41,341 nt of DNA from a virus (lineage: Duplodnaviria; Caudoviricetes). Where the stretch lies: positions 1 through 41,341 of the IMG/VR virus record IMGVR_UViG_3300048585_000035; one strand, 5' to 3'. The position numbers and the translations under genes were made by a program. The notes beneath the pieces are model-generated. The model was given only the letters and a program-made list of their open reading frames with translations. It was not told where the DNA came from and made no database searches. Positions 25,812 to 34,878 of the stretch are shown piece by piece (the stretch's first letter is position 1; each line of letters starts with the position of its first letter).

Positions 25812-27950
25812 TTAGCCTCGGCCTTTGGTCAACTGCGTGTAGCCAATGGCCTCATCCACCTTGCCCAAGTCCAGAAGGCCCTTGGTGATGGTGAGGTCTT
25901 GGTTGCTTTCGCCCTGCGCTTCCATCTTGGCCATCTCGCGGACGTGAGCCGTGCCTGTGCCCTGCTCCACCGTATCCAGCGCCTGCTGATCGGCCTTCGC
26001 ACCGAGCAACTTCGTCTGAGCCAGGTAGTAGTCACGCTTGGCCTTCTCGGTCTCGATTTCGGCCTGGAGCTTCGCCACTTTCGCTTCCGCTTCGGCTACA
26101 GCGAGCGGATCGGGCTTCGGTTCGAAGGCAGCAATGTCGTGAGCCAGCTCAGGCATTTTTCGCAGCCGAGCCACCTCAGACATGATCTTCTTCATGATGT
26201 TGAAGTCGGTGTTCGGACCCACGGTCTGGAGCATGAACGCCAGCTCCTGGGCCTTCAGGTTGTCTTCTTCAGCCGAGGAGACGTTCACCGTGATGTCGAA
26301 CTTGCCATCGATGCCGTCACGGGTGATGGCGACGAACTGATCGTTGGTAACGCGGATGATCTCTTCGTCGGTGAGGAAGTCCTTCGACATCGAGAGGAAC
26401 TTCTGACCGATCTTGGCGATACCCGCAGCGTAGCGCCGGAGAATCGACATCTCACGCTTTGCGGAAGCAGCCAAAGCACCCTTGATGCCGGCCGCTACAT
26501 CGCCCAGTGAACCCGAGTTGACACCGCCGCCCCAGGACTGGATGCCGGTATGGCTTTCAGCATCGGACAGCTCGTGCTGCAGGAGAGCCATTGCACTCTG
26601 CGGGATCTCCGGGTACTTGTGCATGATGATGAGCTGTTCCGGATTGCCCATCGTCGGGTTGTACTCGTAGTCCTCACCGTCATCGAACTTCTTGCGATTC
26701 GGCGCATCCAGGAACTGCTTGGGCATGCCCTGCTGGCCATTGGCCGATCGACCCAGCAGATCGATCATGCCTCGAGTGAGGGCACCGACCGTCTTCTGCT
26801 GCTCGATGAGCATTTCGCCGTCCGGCTCGCCATACCACTTCTTCGGCAGCGGGTTGATCGGGATGATGACGAACGGGAACTCACCATCGGGGAACGGGCT
26901 GGCCTCGAGGCGCAGCAGTACGTTGTTCGCCCACACGGCGATGATCGGCTTCAGCTGACCATTGCCTTCGATGTCCCACTGCGCGTACATCTTGTAAGCC
27001 ACGAAACGCTTGCGCTCTTCGTCGGCAAACTGGAAGGTGTTCGGCGTGTTGGAGTTGTGCTGGGCTTCGGCAACCGTGGCTCCAGTGGTGGGGCTCACAG
27101 CAATGTGATCGATGTTCTTGTAGCGACCGTCTGCACGCAGTTCACCCTTACTCGTTTCGAACGAGTAGGCGATGAAGCGGGCATCTGCCAGCTTGCCGTT
27201 GCAGCTGGGATCCACGTAGAGATTGAGTAGGTCGAGCCACTGAACAGTGGGGTGATTCTTCACCACCTTCTCGGTGAGCACCTTCTTGATGGCTGTGACC
27301 AAGCCAACAACAGGGGCCTGGTTTGCCTGCGCGTAAGCCACCGCTTCACGGCGCTCCACCGGCAGTTTGTTGAACTCAAGCGGATTGACCGAGAGTGCCA
27401 TGTCGGCCTGGAGCTGCTGAAGCAGGTCCGGACGATCGGGCGGAATCGGGAAGAACTGGATGGTGGGAACGTCGGTCGGAACCTTCTCGGTCACCCGAAT
27501 CCAACCCACTTCAGCGACAGCCGTACCCTGGTTGTCACCGATACGCACCATCTCGTCGATGAACGGCACCTTGTCCACGTACCGCTCGAACTGGTGGTTC
27601 AGCAGCAGCTCGCTCTGGACCGCACCGTTCTTGTCTTCCCACGTGCGAGGAGCCACGTCGAACAGCTTGCTCGAGCTGAGGAACGGCTCCGACATGGACG
27701 GATGCCGCCACTCGGCATGCTTCTTGATCAGCTTCGGCTGAACCTGGGAACGGCCCTTGCGCTTCGGTGCCGCACCCTCACCCGTCGCTTCCAGGTAGTC
27801 CATCCATCGCTTGAGCTTCTGGACATACTCTTTTTGGGCTGGGCCAGCCGCTTGGATGTCGGCCTGGAGGTTACCGAGAGTCGGAGCATTGGCCCACCCG
27901 GATTCCTTGACGAGATCCACGAGGGTCGGCAGCGAGTCGGTGGTTTCCAT
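25812..27950 (-). CDS. Portal protein (N4 gp59-like)
   Basis: KGRS.VQPKLI.K.AEWR...SEPFL, P.TWED, RGMIDLLGRSANGQ.G, K.QEL.FMLQT.GP motifs. Confidence 0.95.
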   Translation of the reverse strand: METTDSLPTLVDLVKESGWANAPTLGNLQADIQAAGPAQKEYVQKLKRWMDYLEATGEGAAPKRKGRSQVQPKLIKKHAEWRHPSMSEPFLSSSKLFDVAPRTWEDKNGAVQSELLLNHQFERYVDKVPFIDEMVRIGDNQGTAVAEVGWIRVTEKVPTDVPTIQFFPIPPDRPDLLQQLQADMALSVNPLEFNKLPVERREAVAYAQANQAPVVGLVTAIKKVLTEKVVKNHPTVQWLDLLNLYVDPSCNGKLADARFIAYSFETSKGELRADGRYKNIDHIAVSPTTGATVAEAQHNSNTPNTFQFADEERKRFVAYKMYAQWDIEGNGQLKPIIAVWANNVLLRLEASPFPDGEFPFVIIPINPLPKKWYGEPDGEMLIEQQKTVGALTRGMIDLLGRSANGQQGMPKQFLDAPNRKKFDDGEDYEYNPTMGNPEQLIIMHKYPEIPQSAMALLQHELSDAESHTGIQSWGGGVNSGSLGDVAAGIKGALAASAKREMSILRRYAAGIAKIGQKFLSMSKDFLTDEEIIRVTNDQFVAITRDGIDGKFDITVNVSSAEEDNLKAQELAFMLQTVGPNTDFNIMKKIMSEVARLRKMPELAHDIAAFEPKPDPLAVAEAEAKVAKLQAEIETEKAKRDYYLAQTKLLGAKADQQALDTVEQGTGTAHVREMAKMEAQGESNQDLTITKGLLDLGKVDEAIGYTQLTKGRG

Positions 27951-27958
27951 GTCCTACC

Positions 27959-29503
27959 TCAAACGATGTAACTGGCCAGCCCGCTGGGCTGTGCTGGAGG
28001 GCTAGCAGTGTCCCATATTGTAGGCACGGATGGCACCGCCTGTTCAACCTCCATAATACCCGGCTTCTGGGGGACAATGTGAATCAAGCGGCTTGTCCCG
28101 TCGATGCAGTCGTCGTGCTTCGACTTTAAGCCTTGGGGCGAGGCCAAATGGAACTCGTGCATCAGCTCTTTCAGCTCGGGGATTTCCTTGAACTCGATCG
28201 GGAAAATGATCTCCCCGCCCTTCAGCTGGGGCAGGACGTTCATGAAGTAGGCCAGCTTGTTGGCGGTCGGGCGGGTCTCGATGATGTTGAACCAGTACTG
28301 GTGCTCGACCATCTTCTCCCGGATCCAGGAGATGAAGCCGCCCTGCTGTCCGCTCACCTCGATGGTCACACCCAGGGGGCGGTACTTCAAGCCAAGCCGG
28401 AACAGCTCCTTGATGTTCTGGTCCATGGTCTGTCGCTTGACCATGCCCTCCACCCAGCGCCACTTCCCGTCGTTGCCGTAGGCCCAGACGAAGATCACTG
28501 AGAAGTCGTTGCGCAGCGATGCCTTCGTGGCGAAGTCGGTGGTGATGTAGTAGTTGTACTTGTGAGGCAGCGGATGCGGCTCGGCATTGCCCCAGGTGAT
28601 GTCGATCGGACGCACCAACTGGTCTTCTTCGTTGGTGATCTGCAGCATCATTTCCTGGCTGAAGCCAGCATTGCTGTGCATGGACATGTCCAGGCAATAC
28701 TCGTACGTGAAGCGTTCCGGCCATGCGCCACGGAACTCTTCCTTCGTGCAGGGCCACTCCTCGCACACCGGCCACACGTTCACGTCCCAGTGACCGCTTT
28801 CCACCGCCTCAATCAGTGGGTCATTCTTGTTGAACGGCGTTCCGTTCCAGATGATTTTGTGTCGAGTCGGATGCAGCGCATACGGGATTTCCTTGGTGAT
28901 CAGGTTCCTGATGTCGCTCATGATCGTGGGCGACGCTGCATCCTTGTCGTCCTTGATGAGGTCGTCCAGGATCGCAATCACCGGTCGGCTGGTACCGTCA
29001 CGGCTACCGCGAACCGACGACTGGGCACCGTACATCTGGATGTGGAAACGGTGACCGTCCCGGTTGATCAGTGTGATGTGATCATCGCGGAACTCCGCTT
29101 CGGGAATCCAGTGCTGGAGGAACTTGCTGTTCTCGTACTTCAGCTCGACGTTCTTGCGCAGCTGAGCCACGCCCTTGTCCATCGAGTTGCCGACGAACAC
29201 GGCGGCCGGCACGTCACCGAAGTCCGGGATGCGTCCGAACACGCCCAGGTAGAGCACCAGGTATTCGGAGAAGATGGTGGTCTTGGCTGAGCCACGGAAG
29301 CAGAGGTTGATGGTGCGTCGGCTGGGTGTCGGCAGCTTGTCGAGCATCATCAGGTGAATCACCGGAGTCTCGTTTTCCTCCGGAAACTCAGCCGACACGA
29401 GCTTGATGAAGTTGACGAACTCGAGCGAAAAGGAACTCGGGGCGTATGCGGCCAACGCCCCGTAGTTCACCTCATTCAGCATGTCTTCAATGGACTTAAC
29501 CAT
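27959..29503 (-). CDS. terL: Terminase large subunit (N4 gp68-like)
   Basis: Walker A CFRGSAKTT, Walker B IAILDD, GTPFN..DPL, nuclease motifs ITTDFAT and KSKHDDCID. Confidence 0.95.
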   Translation of the reverse strand: MVKSIEDMLNEVNYGALAAYAPSSFSLEFVNFIKLVSAEFPEENETPVIHLMMLDKLPTPSRRTINLCFRGSAKTTIFSEYLVLYLGVFGRIPDFGDVPAAVFVGNSMDKGVAQLRKNVELKYENSKFLQHWIPEAEFRDDHITLINRDGHRFHIQMYGAQSSVRGSRDGTSRPVIAILDDLIKDDKDAASPTIMSDIRNLITKEIPYALHPTRHKIIWNGTPFNKNDPLIEAVESGHWDVNVWPVCEEWPCTKEEFRGAWPERFTYEYCLDMSMHSNAGFSQEMMLQITNEEDQLVRPIDITWGNAEPHPLPHKYNYYITTDFATKASLRNDFSVIFVWAYGNDGKWRWVEGMVKRQTMDQNIKELFRLGLKYRPLGVTIEVSGQQGGFISWIREKMVEHQYWFNIIETRPTANKLAYFMNVLPQLKGGEIIFPIEFKEIPELKELMHEFHLASPQGLKSKHDDCIDGTSRLIHIVPQKPGIMEVEQAVPSVPTIWDTASPPAQPSGLASYIV

Positions 29504-29699
29504 CAGACACCGGCTGGGTCTGGGTTTGCTCCTTCGCCATTTCCCGGCCCACTTCGATGCCGGCCAGGACGTTGCGCAGAGCCTTCACTCGATCGTTGGT
29601 CAGCTCGAGCTGCTCAGTGAGCTGGTCCTTCAGAAGAAGGGCCGCATTGAGCTGGGTGACCACTTCGTTGGCCTTCTGAGTTGCTGTCGGGGTTGCCAT
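29496..29699 (-). CDS. Small coiled-coil protein (possible fibre chaperone)
   Basis: Heptad pattern; lies directly after the fibre gene. Confidence 0.55.
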   Translation of the reverse strand: MATPTATQKANEVVTQLNAALLLKDQLTEQLELTNDRVKALRNVLAGIEVGREMAKEQTQTQPVSDG

Positions 29700-29713
29700 A
29701 GAACACTCGTTGG

Positions 29714-31843
29714 TTATGGGATGAGTCCGCCACCGTAGGTACCGCCGTAGTAGATGTCATCGTTGTACGACGGATTGGTACCACCGCTGGCCGGAGGCAC
29801 ATTTGAACCGAAAATGATGATGTTAAGCAAGCTGATGTCGATGAAGTTGCCGTCACCACGCTTGTTGCATTCGACATCTACATACGTTGTGGTCTGCGCA
29901 GCAACGGTGAGGATGACGATCTTGGACACGTCATTTCCGCCAGCCACACACGAGTAGTTGGCATTGGGCAGTGCCGTGTAGAAGTAGATCCGATACTTGC
30001 CGGTACCATACTTCGCCACACTCGAGACGTTGTAGCAGTCGCGGACAGACGGCGTACCTTCACCTTGGATCGAAGCCCAGGCTTTAGGCTCGAACTCTCC
30101 ACGAATCCGTCCACCGAACATCGCACTGCCGTCCTTCTTGATGAAGAACTTCGCATTGGCGTCAGTTATTGAACCGGTGCCATACCAATCGATGTACGTC
30201 GAAGCCACGTCAACACCGAGGTAACGGGTGTATCCGCCTGCGCCAGCAAGCGTGATTGTTGCGCCGTATAGGTCGAGACCGCTACCGTTCCAGCGCATGT
30301 AGGTGGACGACGAACCAATGTCGAAGACATAGCCGCCTGAGTAACCCAGGTAGATGCCAGCCGTGGGCGAGCCGTAGTAGGTTTTCCCGAAGCGAATCGA
30401 GCCAGCGGTCGTTGCACTGAGGGCAGCTTGAATGTTGCCTGCAGTGACCTTACCCATGTCCAGGCTCGAAATTTGCGCGTTCTGCACGACGACGTTCTGC
30501 ATGTAGACAGTGCCGCCTGATACCAGGAATGGGGCCACTGCTGAAGAGCCATTGAAGATTTTCACGCGAGTTGCATCCATGATGAACTCGCTGTCTCCGG
30601 CATTGCCGTAGGTGTTGTTCGTAGCGATCAAGCCAAAGCCAGCTACGTGCCCATTGGCATTCACCTTGATGCCATACTTGGCTTCGACGCCGTTGATCGC
30701 AGAGACACGTGCGTTCGTTTCGGTGGTAACCGATGCACTCACCGTATTGATGCTGCCCTGGAGCGCGTTGTCACCCGCAATGCGGTTGTTGGTCTCGGTC
30801 GTGAGACTTGCACTGACAGTCGAGATTGAGGAGGCATTCGCGGAATCGGCAGCCACTCGAGCATTCGTTTCCGTCGTAACACTCGCGGCAACCGTATTGA
30901 TGTTCGTCTGAAGCGTGCTGTCTCCAGCAATGCGGTTGTTCGTCTCAGTGGTGAGGTTGGCACTCACTGTGTTGATGGAGGTGGCATTGGCACTGTCGCC
31001 ATTGGCTCGGGCCACCTGCTCAGCGACGATGGCTGCAGCGTTTTGCGTGATGCGAACGTCCGTCACGTCCACCCAGTTCACACCGTCATACCGGTAGGGC
31101 TTGTTGCCGTCGTCGGTGTCGTACCAAATGTCACCCGCGATCATGCCCGTTGTCGGCTCATTAGGCTGGGTGAACACGTTTGTTCCGGAAGTCGCTGACA
31201 GGGCATCGATCTGCGCTGCAAGTGCCGAATCCGTCGAGGCTCGTACCGTGCTTTCACTCAGGATGGCAGCATTGGCGTTGCCGTAGTCGGCCAGCAGCGA
31301 CGCATACTGCGACGCTCGAGTGGAGGTTTCGGTGGCAAGCGCATCCTGGACGCTGATGATGCTGGCCGTGTTGCCACCCACCGACGCTGCCAAGCCACTC
31401 ACTGTCGTAGCCAGTGCAGCCACATCTGTGATGATGGTGGCCGTAGCACTTGTGATCGCAGCGCCACGAGCTGCAGCCTCAGCCAACAGAGCTGCTGCAC
31501 GGTTGGTGGTCTCTGCTGCGATGGCCGCCATGGCAATGTTGTGCCGATTCAGCGTGTCTGCAGCGTTGGCTTCGTCACCAGCGATGCGAGCCAGCTGATC
31601 TGCGTTCACCGTGCCAGAAAGGGCTGTTACCAGCGTGGAAAGGCTCCCCAGGCTGGTCGAAAGTGTCCCGATCGAGCCACTCGAACTCGCCAAAGCGGCA
31701 TCCAGCTCCGTCTCGAGCCCGTCAACACGGGTCGAGAGCGTTGCCAGGGCATCGGCATTGACACCCTGATAACGCACTTCAACGAGCTTGTTCTGCTCGT
31801 CGAAGAGGATGCTGAAATTTTCTTCGGTGAATTCGGTAGCCAT
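29714..31843 (-). CDS. Tail fibre / host-specificity protein (lambda J C-terminal / DUF1983-like)
   Basis: Coiled-coil shaft; GDIWYDTDDGNKPYRYDG module; KYG.KVNANG.VAGFGL and PF.V.GG.VY motifs; distal YNVSSV...GTG.Y.I.F head. Confidence 0.8.
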   Translation of the reverse strand: MATEFTEENFSILFDEQNKLVEVRYQGVNADALATLSTRVDGLETELDAALASSSGSIGTLSTSLGSLSTLVTALSGTVNADQLARIAGDEANAADTLNRHNIAMAAIAAETTNRAAALLAEAAARGAAITSATATIITDVAALATTVSGLAASVGGNTASIISVQDALATETSTRASQYASLLADYGNANAAILSESTVRASTDSALAAQIDALSATSGTNVFTQPNEPTTGMIAGDIWYDTDDGNKPYRYDGVNWVDVTDVRITQNAAAIVAEQVARANGDSANATSINTVSANLTTETNNRIAGDSTLQTNINTVAASVTTETNARVAADSANASSISTVSASLTTETNNRIAGDNALQGSINTVSASVTTETNARVSAINGVEAKYGIKVNANGHVAGFGLIATNNTYGNAGDSEFIMDATRVKIFNGSSAVAPFLVSGGTVYMQNVVVQNAQISSLDMGKVTAGNIQAALSATTAGSIRFGKTYYGSPTAGIYLGYSGGYVFDIGSSSTYMRWNGSGLDLYGATITLAGAGGYTRYLGVDVASTYIDWYGTGSITDANAKFFIKKDGSAMFGGRIRGEFEPKAWASIQGEGTPSVRDCYNVSSVAKYGTGKYRIYFYTALPNANYSCVAGGNDVSKIVILTVAAQTTTYVDVECNKRGDGNFIDISLLNIIIFGSNVPPASGGTNPSYNDDIYYGGTYGGGLIP
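30690..31030 (-). repeat. Coiled-coil repeats in fibre shaft
   Basis: Alternating units (V/L)TTETN(A/N)R(V/I)A(A/G)D...I(N/S)TV(S/A)A. Confidence 0.8.
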
Positions 31844-32283
31844 TAGCCAGTGAGGCTCACCGAGATGAGTCCGCTACCCTGCGCGAACCGCTCGATGACC
31901 ACCCCGCCTCCGTCCAGGAATTCGATCACGAATGCGAAGGGGACATCCATCTCCATGTGATTCGCACTCTTGGGCAACGTGACGTTCGTCCAGTCGCTTG
32001 CTTTCACGACGAAGGTGAGCGTGTCGTTGGTCGACGTATCGGTGCTCACCACGAAGTTGCCGGCCGTCTTCGTCAGCGTCATCAGGTTCACGCTGTCGGA
32101 GGGACGCAGCTTGATGCGAATCCGCATCTCGGGGATGGACCCGAAATTGCGGTAGGAGAGGTCTTCGTTGCGGATGCGCAGGCCAAACGAGTAGGGCGCA
32201 CCCTGGTTCAGCTTGGGCATCCTCACGATGTTGCTGCCCTGCACGTTGGGCGCACCGTCGAACCGCATGTTGAGGGGAACCAT
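31843..32283 (-). CDS. BppU-N-like beta-sandwich virion adaptor
   Basis: QGA.Y.F, .R..IK..P.D, G...VS pattern; tail context. Confidence 0.5.
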   Translation of the reverse strand: MVPLNMRFDGAPNVQGSNIVRMPKLNQGAPYSFGLRIRNEDLSYRNFGSIPEMRIRIKLRPSDSVNLMTLTKTAGNFVVSTDTSTNDTLTFVVKASDWTNVTLPKSANHMEMDVPFAFVIEFLDGGGVVIERFAQGSGLISVSLTG

Positions 32284-32882
32284 TAGCAGAATCCTCGTGA
32301 AGCAAGCTTGTCGCTTGTGGGTGCAGTGAACTCACCCGTGGTGTTGGTTTGGACGTAGAGATCTTCGGCCGCCACCGACAGCGCCAGGAAGTGCGTGGCC
32401 TTGGCCACACCCACCTCGGTCGCCATCGAAGCGAAGAAGCGGTAACACACGTACGCCTTGAGCCACGGAACCAGCAGGTCCGGAAGCTCGAGATTCGTCG
32501 TTGAATCCACTTGAGCCGTGGTGAACTTCGTTGGCTTCACCTTGTAGACGACTTCCAGCGTCTGCGTCTGCGGATACGGGAAGTAGATCGTCTGGCCCAG
32601 CACCTGATACTCGTTCTGCGGCACTTCGAGGCCGTAGACGTTGATCAGCTGCGTCACCTGGAGAATGTCGGTCTCCGGCAACACATACTCGGTGGTGCCT
32701 TCGACGACGCTCAGCATGGTGCTGGCGTACTTCAGCTTCCACTTCGCGTAGGCATAGTCCATGCCACTGTTCATGAGTGGGAACAACTTGGCCCGACTCT
32801 CGAGCGGGCTGTTCCGATTACCAGCAAACATGTCGGACAGCTCATCGCCGTACAGCTGCTGGAGAAACTCTTCGATGGTCAT
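32283..32882 (-). CDS. Head-tail adaptor, N4 gp67-like
   Basis: EFL.QL...ELS N-terminus, ELP..L...L..YV.YR.F, C-terminal KL..RGF. Confidence 0.75.
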   Translation of the reverse strand: MTIEEFLQQLYGDELSDMFAGNRNSPLESRAKLFPLMNSGMDYAYAKWKLKYASTMLSVVEGTTEYVLPETDILQVTQLINVYGLEVPQNEYQVLGQTIYFPYPQTQTLEVVYKVKPTKFTTAQVDSTTNLELPDLLVPWLKAYVCYRFFASMATEVGVAKATHFLALSVAAEDLYVQTNTTGEFTAPTSDKLASRGFC

Positions 32883-32918
32883 GACAGTGCCCTTAGCATG
32901 GTAGTGGTCATCCTACGG

Positions 32919-33479
32919 TTAATCAGGATCGGTGACAATCGCTGTACGCTCGCTGCCAGTCATGGTAGCGGTGATGCGGTTGGTCAGCCCATCCTTGCTC
33001 TTGAACAACACCTGGTTGCCGTTGATGTCGGTGATTCCGAGCAGCACGGCACGCATCAGGCGAATGGTCTGCCCGTAGGTCTCGCCGTCTTCGGAGACAT
33101 CCGTCCAGCCACCGCCGCCACCTGCAGTGGAGATGCCTTGCGCCTGTACCGGCACGGTGTAGTTGACGTTCACCTGGTATGGACCCAGGGTGCGAACCAC
33201 AGGCACACCACCACCCTCAACGAAGAGGTTGCCGGTGATCGTCAGCGTGTGATCGCTTTCCATGGGGCGAATGCGCCATGCACCTTGCAGGAAGTAGTAC
33301 GGCGGAATCGACAGGCCAGAACCGAGGTCGTCGGATCCCACCTGTCGAATCACCATCCCATACTTCAGGTTGTCGCCGGTCGCAGCCCAGTCTTCCCAGC
33401 GAGAGAAGATTTCGGTTGCAGACACTGACGCGGTATCCAGGATGATCCTCTTGGTAGCCGCGTCGAATGTGATGGCCAT
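32919..33479 (-). CDS. Putative tail/appendage structural protein
   Basis: ITFD..TKRI, EIFSRWEDW, WRIRP.E..HTL...GNL; tail block context. Confidence 0.6.
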   Translation of the reverse strand: MAITFDAATKRIILDTASVSATEIFSRWEDWAATGDNLKYGMVIRQVGSDDLGSGLSIPPYYFLQGAWRIRPMESDHTLTITGNLFVEGGGVPVVRTLGPYQVNVNYTVPVQAQGISTAGGGGGWTDVSEDGETYGQTIRLMRAVLLGITDINGNQVLFKSKDGLTNRITATMTGSERTAIVTDPD

Positions 33480-33490
33480 GACGAATCCCG

Positions 33491-34864
33491 TTATGCGTAG
33501 ACGCGATCGGCTTCTGCGACCAGGGCCAGGGCAATCGTCTTGCTGCGAGTGAGCACACCTTCAGCTGCCACGAACTTGCCGCCGCCCGGACGAATGCCGA
33601 CCAGCACTACGTTGCGGTTGGTTCCCGCCGTGTAGCCACCCTGGACGTTGCCATCGTAGTCATAGGTGAACGCGATGCTGCCGCTCGAGATCGTGCCGGC
33701 AATCGGTGTACCCGATGCATCGTTCACCGTGATGGCTCCCGCTTCGCCGTAGTCGTTCGAGGCTCCCGGAGGATCCTTGAAGAACAGGCGGTAGCTCGAA
33801 CCAGCGCCCACCAGCGGAGTGTTGAAGGACAGGATGCCAGCAGCGGTGTAGGGGTTGGTACGCAGCGTGTTGCTGTCGTCGTAGAACTCAACCCGGTTGG
33901 AGTCGGCTGAAAGCACATCATCGATGTACACGCTCTGACTGGTGATCAGCGTGTCACCTACGAAGCGAAGCAGCTCGTCCTGGATCTTGCCGATCTTCGA
34001 ACCAGCGGTGCCACCCGTGTTGATGTCCGTGCCCTGGCGCAACAGATACTGCACCTTGGCGTAGATCTGCTCGAGCGTACCGCCGTTGCCTTCGATGATG
34101 ATCTTGAAGTCGCGGTTGGTGCCGCCGATGTTCCGCTGCTGAGCCACGGTGTAGTAGGCCACCGTGATGCCGTTGTACGGCGCACCCGACATGGCCGCAT
34201 CACCTGTCGCCTGCACTGCACCGAGCAGGTTGGTGATCTTGAGGTCGTCTTCGTTCGACACCAGGAAGTTCTGCTTGAACGGTCCCGTGCCCGTCGAACC
34301 GGTATCCGCCAGCACCGAAGACTTGAACTTCTTGCCATACTCACGCACGTACGCCTTCGCATACGTCCGCTTGTCGAGGGACACGTTGTCTTTCACCTTT
34401 ACGCCGACGTTGAACTGGTCGGTGAACGGGAAGTTGGTCGGGGCATCCGCCGAAGCGATGTGGTAGTAGGGCTGCACAGTCGTGGCGGGGGTGATGCTGC
34501 CCAGGCCAACGAAGCCGCAATACTGAGCCACTTCCACACCGGCATTGTTGAACTCGGACCAACCACCATCACGCAACGCATTGCGTGTGTTCTCATCAGC
34601 CCAGGTCCAGCCTGAGTAGGTCGCACCATCCGTGCCGATCTGGAACTGACCCGAGAGCGCGTCAATCGCGTACATCGGGAATGGGCTGTCTTGGTACGTG
34701 GCTGTGGCCCACAGATCCACCAGCTTCGAGTAGACCGCCTGAAGGGTGACGCCGTCCTTGAAGACGAGGTTGCCGGCCGCAACGAGCTGAATCGTACGGG
34801 CGGGTTCGTTGATCACGATCTCCGTGCCGACGTTCAGTTGGGCCTTGCTGGTGATCTTTGCCAT
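33491..34864 (-). CDS. Putative tail/appendage structural protein
   Basis: Gly/Thr-rich beta protein; GVTLQAVYSKL..LW..PFPM; ends DRVYA. Confidence 0.6.
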   Translation of the reverse strand: MAKITSKAQLNVGTEIVINEPARTIQLVAAGNLVFKDGVTLQAVYSKLVDLWATATYQDSPFPMYAIDALSGQFQIGTDGATYSGWTWADENTRNALRDGGWSEFNNAGVEVAQYCGFVGLGSITPATTVQPYYHIASADAPTNFPFTDQFNVGVKVKDNVSLDKRTYAKAYVREYGKKFKSSVLADTGSTGTGPFKQNFLVSNEDDLKITNLLGAVQATGDAAMSGAPYNGITVAYYTVAQQRNIGGTNRDFKIIIEGNGGTLEQIYAKVQYLLRQGTDINTGGTAGSKIGKIQDELLRFVGDTLITSQSVYIDDVLSADSNRVEFYDDSNTLRTNPYTAAGILSFNTPLVGAGSSYRLFFKDPPGASNDYGEAGAITVNDASGTPIAGTISSGSIAFTYDYDGNVQGGYTAGTNRNVVLVGIRPGGGKFVAAEGVLTRSKTIALALVAEADRVYA

Positions 34865-34878
34865 GGTCGTGGACCTCT